A DNA stretch of 64,000 nt, from NCBI GenBank assembly GCA_037305845.1, contig CP147778.1:2624001-2688000 (forward strand), written 5' to 3'. Positions 28,639 through 37,884 of this stretch are shown one piece after another. Numbering within the stretch: the first letter of the stretch is position 1; each line of letters starts with the position of its first letter. A program made the position numbers and the translations under genes. Origin of the DNA: Candidatus Freyarchaeum deiterrae (lineage in GTDB: Archaea > Asgardarchaeota > Jordiarchaeia > Jordiarchaeales > Jordiarchaeaceae). Under the pieces are notes generated by a model. The model saw only the letters and a program-made list of their open reading frames with translations. It was not told the DNA's origin and did no database searches.

Positions 28639-30057
28639 TTATTTGTCTCTCCCGAATATTTTTTTGTATCGGTATAGTGTTGCGATAGCCTTTGCTGCGT
28701 TTTGGACCGAATTGATTAATGGTATTCCTGATTGGTTGAAGACTTCAATGGCCTTCTTAACTAAGTCGTAGTCTCCGAAACTGTAAAGTATAATTGTCTT
28801 CTCGCAATGTTTGTCCATTATTTCTTTATAAAACTTGTAAAAGGGAGTCAAGTCTAAACCCATACCGTTAGGCTTGGCTATAATTCCCGGAGGTGCGGCT
28901 ATCATAAACAAGCATCCCACGTTTTTGTCTTCAAGAACCGCCTCCAGCACCTGAGCTCCGACCTCCAACATGGCTGGTCCAATATCTACAGGATTTTTGA
29001 TAGATGTCCAGTAGGGAACAACTTTTTTCATCTTTTCCACTGTTTGGGGTTCAAACTTGGCTAGTTTAATCCCCTGTTTTTCCAGTTCGTCGCAGGTCAT
29101 AGCGGCCAGTGAACCCGAATTCGTTATGATTGCGACTCCCTCCGATTTTGGAAGAGGCTGGGTAGCGAAGACTTTGGCGAAGTCTAGGAGCTCTTCGACA
29201 CTGTCAACTCTTATAGCTCCCGTCTGTTTCAGAACCGCGTCAAATATTCTATCATCGCCGGCGAGGCTTCCCGTGTGGCTCCTTATCGCTCTGGCACCAG
29301 CTTCGGTTCTTCCGCTCTTGAGAACCAGAACCGGCTTTTTCCCTGTTACGCGTTTGAAGGTTTCAATGAATTCTCTTCCCCTACCCTTTTTTATTCCCTC
29401 TAGATACAGACAGATAACTTTGGTTTTTTCGTCTTTCTCCAAATAGTTCAACACATCTATTTCGTCAACATCACACTTGTTGCCTAATGTTATGACCTTG
29501 CTTAATCCAAATTTGTTGGCTCCAGCCCAGTCTATTATCACTGTTCCAAATATTCCCGACTGAGCGATGAAAGCCGCGTTTCCCTCCGTCAGGCTATCTA
29601 TATCGATCTCCGCCGTGGAGAATCTGTTTGAGAGATTGGTTATGCCGACACAATTAGGACCGATAACCCGCATTCCATTCTTTTGGGCTATTTCTACTAT
29701 TTCCTGTTGTCTCCGTGCACCCTCCTCGTCTACTTCGGCGAAGCCGGCGGAAAGAACAATCACATATTTTATTCCCTTCTCAGCGCAGTCTTTCATCGCG
29801 TTTGGGGCGGCTTCACTTGGGACGAGGAAAATCGCTAAATCCACGTTATCGGGTATATCCTTCACAGATTTGTACGCCTTCACTCCCATTATTTTATCAG
29901 CCTGAAGGTGAACCGGGTAAACTCTCATATCGGTACGTGAAAGAATGCTTTTGGTCACGAAGTATCCGAATCTAAGCTTTTCACTCGCACCTATTATAGC
30001 CACAGATTTTGGACTAAAGAACGCCTCTAGGTTCATATTCTTCTCCAAGGGCTTCAC
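28639..30057 (-). CDS. acdA: ADP-forming acyl-CoA synthetase alpha subunit
   Basis: FFSPKSVAIIGAS, SAGFAE, GPNCVG, SHTGSLAG, NPVD. Confidence 0.92.
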   Translation of the reverse strand: MKPLEKNMNLEAFFSPKSVAIIGASEKLRFGYFVTKSILSRTDMRVYPVHLQADKIMGVKAYKSVKDIPDNVDLAIFLVPSEAAPNAMKDCAEKGIKYVIVLSAGFAEVDEEGARRQQEIVEIAQKNGMRVIGPNCVGITNLSNRFSTAEIDIDSLTEGNAAFIAQSGIFGTVIIDWAGANKFGLSKVITLGNKCDVDEIDVLNYLEKDEKTKVICLYLEGIKKGRGREFIETFKRVTGKKPVLVLKSGRTEAGARAIRSHTGSLAGDDRIFDAVLKQTGAIRVDSVEELLDFAKVFATQPLPKSEGVAIITNSGSLAAMTCDELEKQGIKLAKFEPQTVEKMKKVVPYWTSIKNPVDIGPAMLEVGAQVLEAVLEDKNVGCLFMIAAPPGIIAKPNGMGLDLTPFYKFYKEIMDKHCEKTIILYSFGDYDLVKKAIEVFNQSGIPLINSVQNAAKAIATLYRYKKIFGRDK

Positions 30058-30247
30058 CTTTACCGTATTTCCTTTTTTCAGGACAATAGTGTTCCTAGAT
30101 TTAACTTTTCCCTAATTAACTTTTTATTCCATAAATATCTAAGATACTTATAGCACTTACCGAGCTGTGGTTCGATAACGTTTAAGTTAAGGCAAGCTTA
30201 GTTTAACTATACAGAAATACGCAGAGGGATGTTATATAAAGGAGGCT

Positions 30248-31243
30248 ATGTTTTATACAAAATTGGGAGATAGTAAATTACAGTGTCACCTTTGTCGACA
30301 CGAGTGTGTTATTGCGGATGGAAAGACCGGGATTTGTGCAGTAAGGGAAAACCAAGGAGGCACATTGTACTCACTGGTTTATGGGAAGGTGATTTCCATA
30401 AGTGTGGACCCGGTCGAGAAGAAGCCATTATACCATTTTCTTCCTGGAAACGATACTTACTCATTTGCCTGTCCCGGTTGCAATTTCAGATGTGAGCACT
30501 GCCAAAATTATGAGATCTCTCAGATGCCTAGAGATAAGCAAGTTATACTGGGAGACGAACTTACTCCAAAGGAAATAGTGAACGACGCCTTGGCACAGCA
30601 ATGCAAGAGTATTTCCTACACTTATACTGAACCAACAATATTCTTCGAATTCGCCTACGACGTAGCCATACTTGCGAAAAAAGAGGGTTTGAAAAACATA
30701 TTTGTTACAAACGGCTACATCAGTGAGGAGCCGCTGAGAACCATCGCCCCCTACTTGGACGCTGCAAACATTGATTTAAAGGGCTTTACCGAGGAATTCT
30801 ACAGAAAAACATGTGGGGCTAGATTGGAGCCTTTGCTCGAGTCAATTAAGCTCTATAAGGAGTTGGGAATCTGGATAGAGATAGCGACCCTCATAATTCC
30901 TGATCTGAACGACTCCGAAGAAGAGCTTAGGCAGGCGGCGCGTTTCATCAAAGGTGTAGGAGAAGAGATACCCTGGCACGTAACCGCATACTACCCCGCT
31001 TATAAGATGAGAAAACCACCAACACCACCAGAAACCCTGCGAAAAGCGAGAGAAATCGGATTGAAAGAAGGCCTAAGATACGTCTATGAGGGAAACGTGC
31101 CCGGTGAGAAAGGAGGAAACACCTACTGCTACAAGTGCGGAGAAACGTTGATTCGCAGATACGGATTCAATGTTCTGGAGAACAAAATTAAAAATTCAAA
31201 ATGCCCCAAATGTGGAACCACAATCGACGGCTTATTCGACTAA
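30248..31243 (+). CDS. AmmeMemoRadiSam system radical SAM enzyme (PFL-AE-like)
   Basis: CHLCRHEC, DPVEKKPLYHF, CNFRCEHCQN, YTYTEP, C-terminal Zn ribbon. The frame extends upstream as IKEAMFY, suggesting a possible ATA start at 30236. Confidence 0.92.
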   Translation: MFYTKLGDSKLQCHLCRHECVIADGKTGICAVRENQGGTLYSLVYGKVISISVDPVEKKPLYHFLPGNDTYSFACPGCNFRCEHCQNYEISQMPRDKQVILGDELTPKEIVNDALAQQCKSISYTYTEPTIFFEFAYDVAILAKKEGLKNIFVTNGYISEEPLRTIAPYLDAANIDLKGFTEEFYRKTCGARLEPLLESIKLYKELGIWIEIATLIIPDLNDSEEELRQAARFIKGVGEEIPWHVTAYYPAYKMRKPPTPPETLRKAREIGLKEGLRYVYEGNVPGEKGGNTYCYKCGETLIRRYGFNVLENKIKNSKCPKCGTTIDGLFD

Positions 31244-31336
31244 CAAGTTTCTCTCAATTTTATACAAATCTTGTTTATGAATAGCGCTGATAATTCAAGT
31301 GTTCTGGTGGATGAAAAGTTAGTTTCGCTCTCTGGA

Positions 31337-31546
31337 TTATTTGCTTATAGCATTTATTCTTTTTCGGGTTTCTTCAATCTTGTCTTTTAGACCCGCTTTA
31401 GTGTAGTAGCTAATCGCTCCCTCTAGAAGTTCCTTCGCCTTCCCGGGTTCGTTATCGTGAAGATGCTGTTGGGCTAGTTCCACGTTGTAGTCGCCTCTTT
31501 TTTCTAAATATTTTATTAGTTGATCACTTGCTTTTTCATCAGACAA
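31337..31546 (-). CDS. Small helical (TPR-like) hypothetical protein
   Basis: 69 aa; AKELLEGAISYYTKAG pattern. Confidence 0.65.
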   Translation of the reverse strand: MSDEKASDQLIKYLEKRGDYNVELAQQHLHDNEPGKAKELLEGAISYYTKAGLKDKIEETRKRINAISK

Positions 31547-31720
31547 GTTATCACACTCTCTCTACTCTAAATTCTTATAAGCTATCTTGTTTTCAGTTCA
31601 TATTACATTTTTGGTTTTTCACTTATTTGATATTTAAATAATACTTTTGAGCTTTTCCACAGATGATCAGTTTACAGAAATTGGAAATTTCTAACTCCCC
31701 TTTCTAAAGGAATAATATTA

Positions 31721-31828
31721 CTGTATATCATAGATGAGAAAAGAAAAATTGGCGAAATTGTGGGAGCCGCCGGCAGAGAAGAGTTGAAAAAAATTCCAGG
31801 AAAAATATTGGGTTTAAAGACCATCTGA
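31721..31828 (+). pseudogene. 3' remnant of the Cys-rich/thioredoxin-like gene (paralog of 35766-36407)
   Basis: YIIDEKRKIGEIVGAAGREELKKIPGKILGLKTI* matches the C-terminus of the intact copy; about 600 nt deleted. Confidence 0.85.
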
Positions 31829-31829
31829 A

Positions 31830-34800
31830 CTACTTTCCTTCTCGAATGACTTCTCTCAGATAGTCTAGAAACCTCTTGAACTCTTCTTCAGTCTCTAAAC
31901 CGTACAAGCCCAATATTTTCTGATAAGCGTCGTATTTTCCCTTTTGCTCTTCAAACAATATTTTCCAAATATAAGCTCTCACCAATGATCTGAGGGTGGT
32001 TGAACTAGGGTTCAACTTTTCAAGCCAGGGGAAAACAAGTTTCGCAACAACATTATCATTTTCCTTTTCAATAAATTTAAAGGGAGCATCTTCTCCGAAA
32101 CACTCAGCGATTAGATTAATTTTGTCTCCGAAAAACGTCTTACTGATTGTTCCCAATTCCATTACAGGTACTCGGTCCTCCAACGCAAATTTTGGAAGGT
32201 CGTTATCTATATTATTGATGTCTAGTTTCATGTCCTCGTACTCGTTTGATCTATCATTCATGTTTTTGTACTTCTTCCATACATCTGGCGCGAGTATCGC
32301 TAATTCTACGCTCATCATCTGTACCTGCCAAAATAGGTTAAACTTGGCTATATAATCATCCAAAATTTTTTTTGAGGCACTCTCGATATCGATTTGTTCA
32401 TCACTCTCCTTTAGAGTCTCCTTGAGTTCATCAACCATGGTCTTTGAGGGGATTTTCTTTCCAAAAGACTGTTTCACGAAATCGTTTACTAGTCTTTTAA
32501 CCGCTGGGATTTCGTCATTCTCCCAGAAGGCTAGGGCTACATAAGTTTCCATCACATCACTGGTACTCTTGAAGAATGGGTCAAAGGAGAACTCCTGGCA
32601 AATCTCTTCCAGTATTACTCTCTCTTCTTGAAAGAGAGGGCGTGGAGTTTCAAGAATTTTTTCAAATTTTTTGTGATTCTTGGCAATGTTCTCCAATTTT
32701 TGGACAAGTTCGCGGAATACTTCTAGCTGATTCCCTAACTCCTCCAGTTGGTCATCGATTTCTGGTTTCTCTACTCTTATGAACTCGATAATTGCCTGCA
32801 TTGTTTCTCTTTCATTCTTGATTATATTACAAATACTCTGGTAGGCGTCCTCAATGCCCATACCTAGTATTACCCTTACTGGCGGGATTAGTCTAAAATT
32901 AGCGATGGTTTCACTAAAATAGTAAGTCGCCTTTTTTGGTTCTTCACCAGTAATCTTGTTCCAGACCCAGTCCTTTCTCTGTTCAACATACTTTTTCAAT
33001 TTGTTTATGGAATCAAAAGAGTTTTTTTCAACATCCAGCTTCTTCTCAAGTTTTTCCAGTCTGCTTAGGGTTTTCTTCGATTCCTTGGGATCCTGGGACT
33101 TTTTGATGGAACCCAAGTCGCTGATTAACTCATTATAAATCTTTACGACTTCATTTCCCAGCGCCTTAGATCTTATCACAGTACTATTCTGCATCTCTTT
33201 TTCTAGGGCTTCGATAAGGTTAAAGGTAGTCCAAGCGTAGTTTATTTCTCCAATTATTTTCTGATAGTTTTTATACAATTCGACTGCAGGTATCGGTATT
33301 CTAACTTCATCCCCCAAAAAAATTCCCCCAAACCCATCCTTCCCTAATAGCATTTTTCTTATCGCTTCTTGCAAAATTCGCTTCGCCTTATCAGCTCTTT
33401 CTACATTGCAAGTCAATGCGATTTCTTTTTCACTTATTCTTTTTATTTCGCTGCTAACATTTTCGAGAATCTTAACATTCTCAAATCCTGTGTCTTTCAG
33501 GATTACTTTAAAGGCGTCGTCTAATTTATCCAAAATCTTTGACTCTTTTAGAAGATACCCCAGTGTAGGATATATTGAGGTCATCTCTTTACCCACAAAG
33601 CCTTTGACTAGCTCCCTTATAAAACTTAAATACACAATAGAAGCAGGGTCTTTTATCTCTGGTTCCAGATGTTTTAAAGCTAACATTATAGCCGAGGCTG
33701 CATCACCTTTTAGGGAGCTCACAGCTCGCTCGTTGATAAAATCCGCAATTCTCATTCTGAACTGTTCTAAAGGCTCAGTAAATATTGAAAACACAATGTT
33801 AATCTGATAAAGCCTTTCTTGAAGAGTCGTGTAAAGTTTATTAATCCACTCATCCATCTTTCTTCTCAAAGTCTCGGTTTTCTGTTTGCTAAACACATCT
33901 TTCGCAAACTTATCCATACTGAAAACTTCATCTATTATTTTTACAAAGAGCCCCTCTATAATTTCTTGCTCAACCGCTGGAATAACCTCATTAATAATCT
34001 CTAACATTTCATTTTTTAAACCAGCTTTCTTTTTAGAATCGTAGGTTAGAGCCGTGAGTGGAAATGCTTCATAAATTTTATCCACCATACTCACCGCGAG
34101 AAAGTCCAATATCTCTTCCTTTCTCTGGGAGATTTCCTCAAAAGACATTGATTCAAATTTAGCGCCCACACTATATAGGAACTCCGACCCGTACTTCATT
34201 CTAACAAAGAAATCTTTCCTTTTTGTACCCCATTCCCTGAGCTTTTCTTTCAGTGTACTATCAAACAGGTTGAAATAGCTTCTCTGCTCACCAAGAAGAA
34301 GTAAACAAGAGGGATTTAACCGAAACAGACTCTCAGAAGCCGTCAAGGAGATGTGCTTGGGCCAAGATTCTAAATTCATGTCAACATTACTTCTTAGTGG
34401 CCCTAATATTTTCTGAATGCTAAACTCAGCTTCTTCCAACTTGATGTTTTGAGCCTCGTACACCTCATCTAAATATTCAGAGATCATTTCGGAACAAATA
34501 TGTTTACTTTCAACTAATCCTTTGTCATCCGCAGAAAGAGCCCTCAGAATTGTTCCCTGCTCTTTGAGAGCCTGTGTGCAAGCCTCAGAAAAAACTCTCC
34601 ATGAATCGCCCAGATCATCGGGAGATTTTACTATTTGATTCAATTCTCCATACCTAAAAGCGGAGGCACCGGTTCTTAATATTGCATCCAAGTTCGCTTC
34701 TTTTCCACTATTCTCCAATTCCGCAATGCGATAATTCAAGTGTTTAACAATACTTGACATCAGATAATCCTTAAGAAAAACGAAAAACTCTTTTTTACCT

Positions 34801-35213
34801 TTATTCTTCTGCTCTAGGGTATCGATGTCTAGGGAATAAGAACTGCCTGGTATCAGAGCGGCTCCTATATAAAACTCTCGAATCTCTCCCGCAACCTCAT
34901 ATTCTTTAACACACCAGCCGATTCCACCAGAAGAATTAATCCCGCCGAAGAACACATCCTTAGCGGTACCAGCATGCTCTCTAACAGACTGTTCTAATGC
35001 AAAAACCAAGCCCGTTGACATGTCAGGATCACTAGCTTTTTTTCCGCCGCCAACGGTGTAAATAGATATGCCAGTTTGGCCGTCACCAACGAGAATTTCA
35101 AGCATGCCAAAAGCATAATCTGCAGAAGATTTAGCTTCAGCTGAGCTTTCAACATTTACCTTTTCCAAAGCGACACTCCCAAAATTACCCACCGCTCCAG
35201 TAATAAGAATCAT
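31830..35213 (-). CDS. Giant hypothetical protein, N-terminal longin/roadblock-like domain + long helical/coiled-coil region (copy A, intact)
   Basis: 1127-aa ORF with LEILVGDGQTGISIY...DPDMSTGLVFALEQSVRE. The start may be TTG ~35168 by comparison with copy B. Confidence 0.8.
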   Translation of the reverse strand: MILITGAVGNFGSVALEKVNVESSAEAKSSADYAFGMLEILVGDGQTGISIYTVGGGKKASDPDMSTGLVFALEQSVREHAGTAKDVFFGGINSSGGIGWCVKEYEVAGEIREFYIGAALIPGSSYSLDIDTLEQKNKGKKEFFVFLKDYLMSSIVKHLNYRIAELENSGKEANLDAILRTGASAFRYGELNQIVKSPDDLGDSWRVFSEACTQALKEQGTILRALSADDKGLVESKHICSEMISEYLDEVYEAQNIKLEEAEFSIQKILGPLRSNVDMNLESWPKHISLTASESLFRLNPSCLLLLGEQRSYFNLFDSTLKEKLREWGTKRKDFFVRMKYGSEFLYSVGAKFESMSFEEISQRKEEILDFLAVSMVDKIYEAFPLTALTYDSKKKAGLKNEMLEIINEVIPAVEQEIIEGLFVKIIDEVFSMDKFAKDVFSKQKTETLRRKMDEWINKLYTTLQERLYQINIVFSIFTEPLEQFRMRIADFINERAVSSLKGDAASAIMLALKHLEPEIKDPASIVYLSFIRELVKGFVGKEMTSIYPTLGYLLKESKILDKLDDAFKVILKDTGFENVKILENVSSEIKRISEKEIALTCNVERADKAKRILQEAIRKMLLGKDGFGGIFLGDEVRIPIPAVELYKNYQKIIGEINYAWTTFNLIEALEKEMQNSTVIRSKALGNEVVKIYNELISDLGSIKKSQDPKESKKTLSRLEKLEKKLDVEKNSFDSINKLKKYVEQRKDWVWNKITGEEPKKATYYFSETIANFRLIPPVRVILGMGIEDAYQSICNIIKNERETMQAIIEFIRVEKPEIDDQLEELGNQLEVFRELVQKLENIAKNHKKFEKILETPRPLFQEERVILEEICQEFSFDPFFKSTSDVMETYVALAFWENDEIPAVKRLVNDFVKQSFGKKIPSKTMVDELKETLKESDEQIDIESASKKILDDYIAKFNLFWQVQMMSVELAILAPDVWKKYKNMNDRSNEYEDMKLDINNIDNDLPKFALEDRVPVMELGTISKTFFGDKINLIAECFGEDAPFKFIEKENDNVVAKLVFPWLEKLNPSSTTLRSLVRAYIWKILFEEQKGKYDAYQKILGLYGLETEEEFKRFLDYLREVIREGK

Positions 35214-35369
35214 AACGGATTCATAAATTTCTTTCGCAAGAAAATAACTTTCTGTAGTGATGGGAGGAATTGAAATAATTTAAGATGGCGTTATATAATT
35301 CTCTAAAATTCTCTTTAAATATCCCTTTTACCGCTCTCCAAATCTCCTTTCTCTACTTCCAAAAGTTCT

Positions 35370-35490
35370 ATTAGTTCTTGTTCGTTTGGCTCTTCTGAAT
35401 CCCACTTAACTTCTTTAACTCCTTTGTTTTTCTTTTACGTCTTATTTTTTGGAGAAATTTTATTAGTTGATTACTTGCTTTTTCCGACAA
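35370..35490 (-). pseudogene. Decayed copy of the 31337-31546 gene
   Basis: MSEKASNQLIKFLQK matches MSDEKASDQLIKYLEK, then diverges and stops. Confidence 0.65.
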
Positions 35491-35765
35491 GTTATCAAAC
35501 TCTCTCTCTACTCTAAATTCTTGTAAGCTATCTTGTTTTCAATTCAAATTATATTTTCGTTTTTTATTTATTTAATGTTTTAAGAATATTTTTGCACTTT
35601 TTAACCGACAACCATTCCACAGAAATTGAAAATTTCCAATCCCCCTTTAGTTAAGAGCATAATATTGGGGGGCGGGTTTCCCAGAAATTTTTTATATTTA
35701 ATTTCTTCAACAATTCATATAATGAAGGTAGCTATCTCTCCAGCTAAACTAACGGGGCCGCATTC

Positions 35766-36407
35766 ATGGGTGACGAAAAATCAATCAAAAAGACTTACTC
35801 AATTTGTCCCTGCCTACTTAAGGACAAGGAAGAATATATATGTCTGGGGAGGGATGAACTTTACCCCTTATCCTTTTTCATACCAGTTAATTTCGAAATT
35901 GACTTGCCTTTAAAAGAAGAGAATACGTGTCTCGACATGGTTTACTCTGACAGCTCTGGACGCATCTGTTGCGGCTCAACCGGTTTACCGATTAAGGTAA
36001 AAGGAAAACTGATTTTTGATGAAGTTTTTAGTGAATTATACCGATTAGCCACCAGCCTCTTTAATCCAGAGGACATCTGCAGGGAGTGCATGTACAATCT
36101 TCTCAGCTTTGAGAAAATTAATAGAAAACTAATCTTCCTACTTTTCACATCTGGTAACCCCCACTGCAAAGAATTCGAAAAATCTTTCAAGGAGACGGTT
36201 GACAACCTGCAAGTCTGCGAAGAGGATTCCATTGTAAAAATGAAATTCTCTGGTAAAATAAAGGAAACTTTCAAGGATCGAATCAAAGAACTGCCCACCG
36301 TGTACATCATAGATGAAAAAAGAAAAATTGGTGAAATCGTGGGTGCTACAGGCAAAGATGAACTGGAGAAAATTCTAAGAAAAATATTGGGTTTAAAAAC
36401 AACCTGA
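35766..36407 (+). CDS. Cys-rich N-terminal domain + thioredoxin-like fold protein
   Basis: CPC, ICLG, CCG, CREC, then LLFTSGNPHCKEF...LPTVYII...GATGKDEL (Trx-like, first Cys of CxxC absent). Confidence 0.65.
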   Translation: MGDEKSIKKTYSICPCLLKDKEEYICLGRDELYPLSFFIPVNFEIDLPLKEENTCLDMVYSDSSGRICCGSTGLPIKVKGKLIFDEVFSELYRLATSLFNPEDICRECMYNLLSFEKINRKLIFLLFTSGNPHCKEFEKSFKETVDNLQVCEEDSIVKMKFSGKIKETFKDRIKELPTVYIIDEKRKIGEIVGATGKDELEKILRKILGLKTT

Positions 36408-36408
36408 A

Positions 36409-37884
36409 TTACTTTCCTTCTTGAATAACTTCTTTCAGATAGTCTAGAAATCTTTTAAACTCTTCTTCTGCCTCTAAACCGTACAAGCTTAATATTTTTT
36501 GATAGGCATCATATTTTCCCTTATTCTCTTCAAACAACGTTTTCCAAGTATAGGCTCTCACCCATGATCTGATAGACTTCGAATTGGGGTTCAAATTTTT
36601 AAGCCAAGGAAATGCAAGTTTAACCACAATATTATCATTTTCTTTTTCAATTAACTTCAAGGAAGCTTCCTCTCCGAAACACTCGGCGATTAACTCGAGT
36701 TTGTCTCCAAAGAATGCCTTATTAGTTGTTCCCAATTCCATTACTGGTACTCCGTCCTCCCACGCAAATTGTGGAAGGTCTTTGTCTATATTATTGATGT
36801 CTAGCTTCATCTCCTCGTACTCGTTTGCTCTATCGTCATGGTTTTTGTACTTCTTCCAGACGCTTGGAGCGAGTAGCGCTAATTCCACACGCATAACCTG
36901 TATCTGCCAAAATAGGTTAAACTTGGCTATGTACTCCTCCAAAATTTTCTTTGCAGCACTTTCTACATCGATTTGTTCCTCGCTCTTCTTTAGTGTTTCT
37001 TTAAGTTTTTCAACCATGGTCTTTGAGGGGATTTTCTTTCCAAAAGACTGTTTCACGAAATCGTTTACCAGCCTTTTAACCGTTGGAATTTCATCATACT
37101 CCCAGAAGGCTAGGTCTAAGTAGGTTTCCATCACATCGTAAGCACTCTTGAAGAATGGGTCAAAGGAGAACTCCTGACAAATCTCCTCCAGCAGAGCTTT
37201 CTCTTCCTGAAAAAGAGGGTGAGACGTTTCAAGAATTTTTTCAAATTTTTTATGATTCTTGCCAATCTTTTCCAATTTCTGTGCAAGTTCTCGGAATACC
37301 TCTAGCTGATTCCCTAATTCCTTCAATTGGTCTTCAATTTCCGGCCTCTCATCTTCTATGAACTCAATAATTGTCTCAATTGTTTCTTTTTCAGTCTTGA
37401 GTATATCACAAATACTCTGGTAAGCATCCTCGATGCCCATACCTAGCATTACCCTAACCGTCGGGATTAATCTAAAATTAGCGATAGTTTCACTAAAATT
37501 GTAAGTCGCCTTTTTTGGCTCTTCACCAGTAATCTTGTTCCAGACCCAATCTCTTCTCTGCTCAATATACTTTTTCAATTTGTTTATGGAATCAAAAGAA
37601 TTTTTTTCAACATCCAGCTTCTTCTCAAGTTTTTCCAGCCTGCTTAGGGTTTTCTTCGATTCCTTGGGATCCTGAGACTTTTTGGCAGAACCTAGGTTGC
37701 TGATTAACTCATTATAAATCCTTGCGACTTCATTTCCCAGCGCCTTAGAACTAATCAAAGTATTACTCTTCATCTCACTTTCTAGAGCTTCGACTAGATT
37801 AAAACTGGTCCAAGCGTAATTTATTTCTCCAATGATTTTCTGATAGTTTTTATACAATTCGACTGCAGGTTTCGGTATTCTCAA
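36409..37884 (-). CDS. C-terminal half of giant-protein copy B
   Basis: Aligns with copy A from RIPIPAVELY onward; TTG start overlaps the upstream TGA. Confidence 0.7.
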   Translation of the reverse strand: MRIPKPAVELYKNYQKIIGEINYAWTSFNLVEALESEMKSNTLISSKALGNEVARIYNELISNLGSAKKSQDPKESKKTLSRLEKLEKKLDVEKNSFDSINKLKKYIEQRRDWVWNKITGEEPKKATYNFSETIANFRLIPTVRVMLGMGIEDAYQSICDILKTEKETIETIIEFIEDERPEIEDQLKELGNQLEVFRELAQKLEKIGKNHKKFEKILETSHPLFQEEKALLEEICQEFSFDPFFKSAYDVMETYLDLAFWEYDEIPTVKRLVNDFVKQSFGKKIPSKTMVEKLKETLKKSEEQIDVESAAKKILEEYIAKFNLFWQIQVMRVELALLAPSVWKKYKNHDDRANEYEEMKLDINNIDKDLPQFAWEDGVPVMELGTTNKAFFGDKLELIAECFGEEASLKLIEKENDNIVVKLAFPWLKNLNPNSKSIRSWVRAYTWKTLFEENKGKYDAYQKILSLYGLEAEEEFKRFLDYLKEVIQEGK

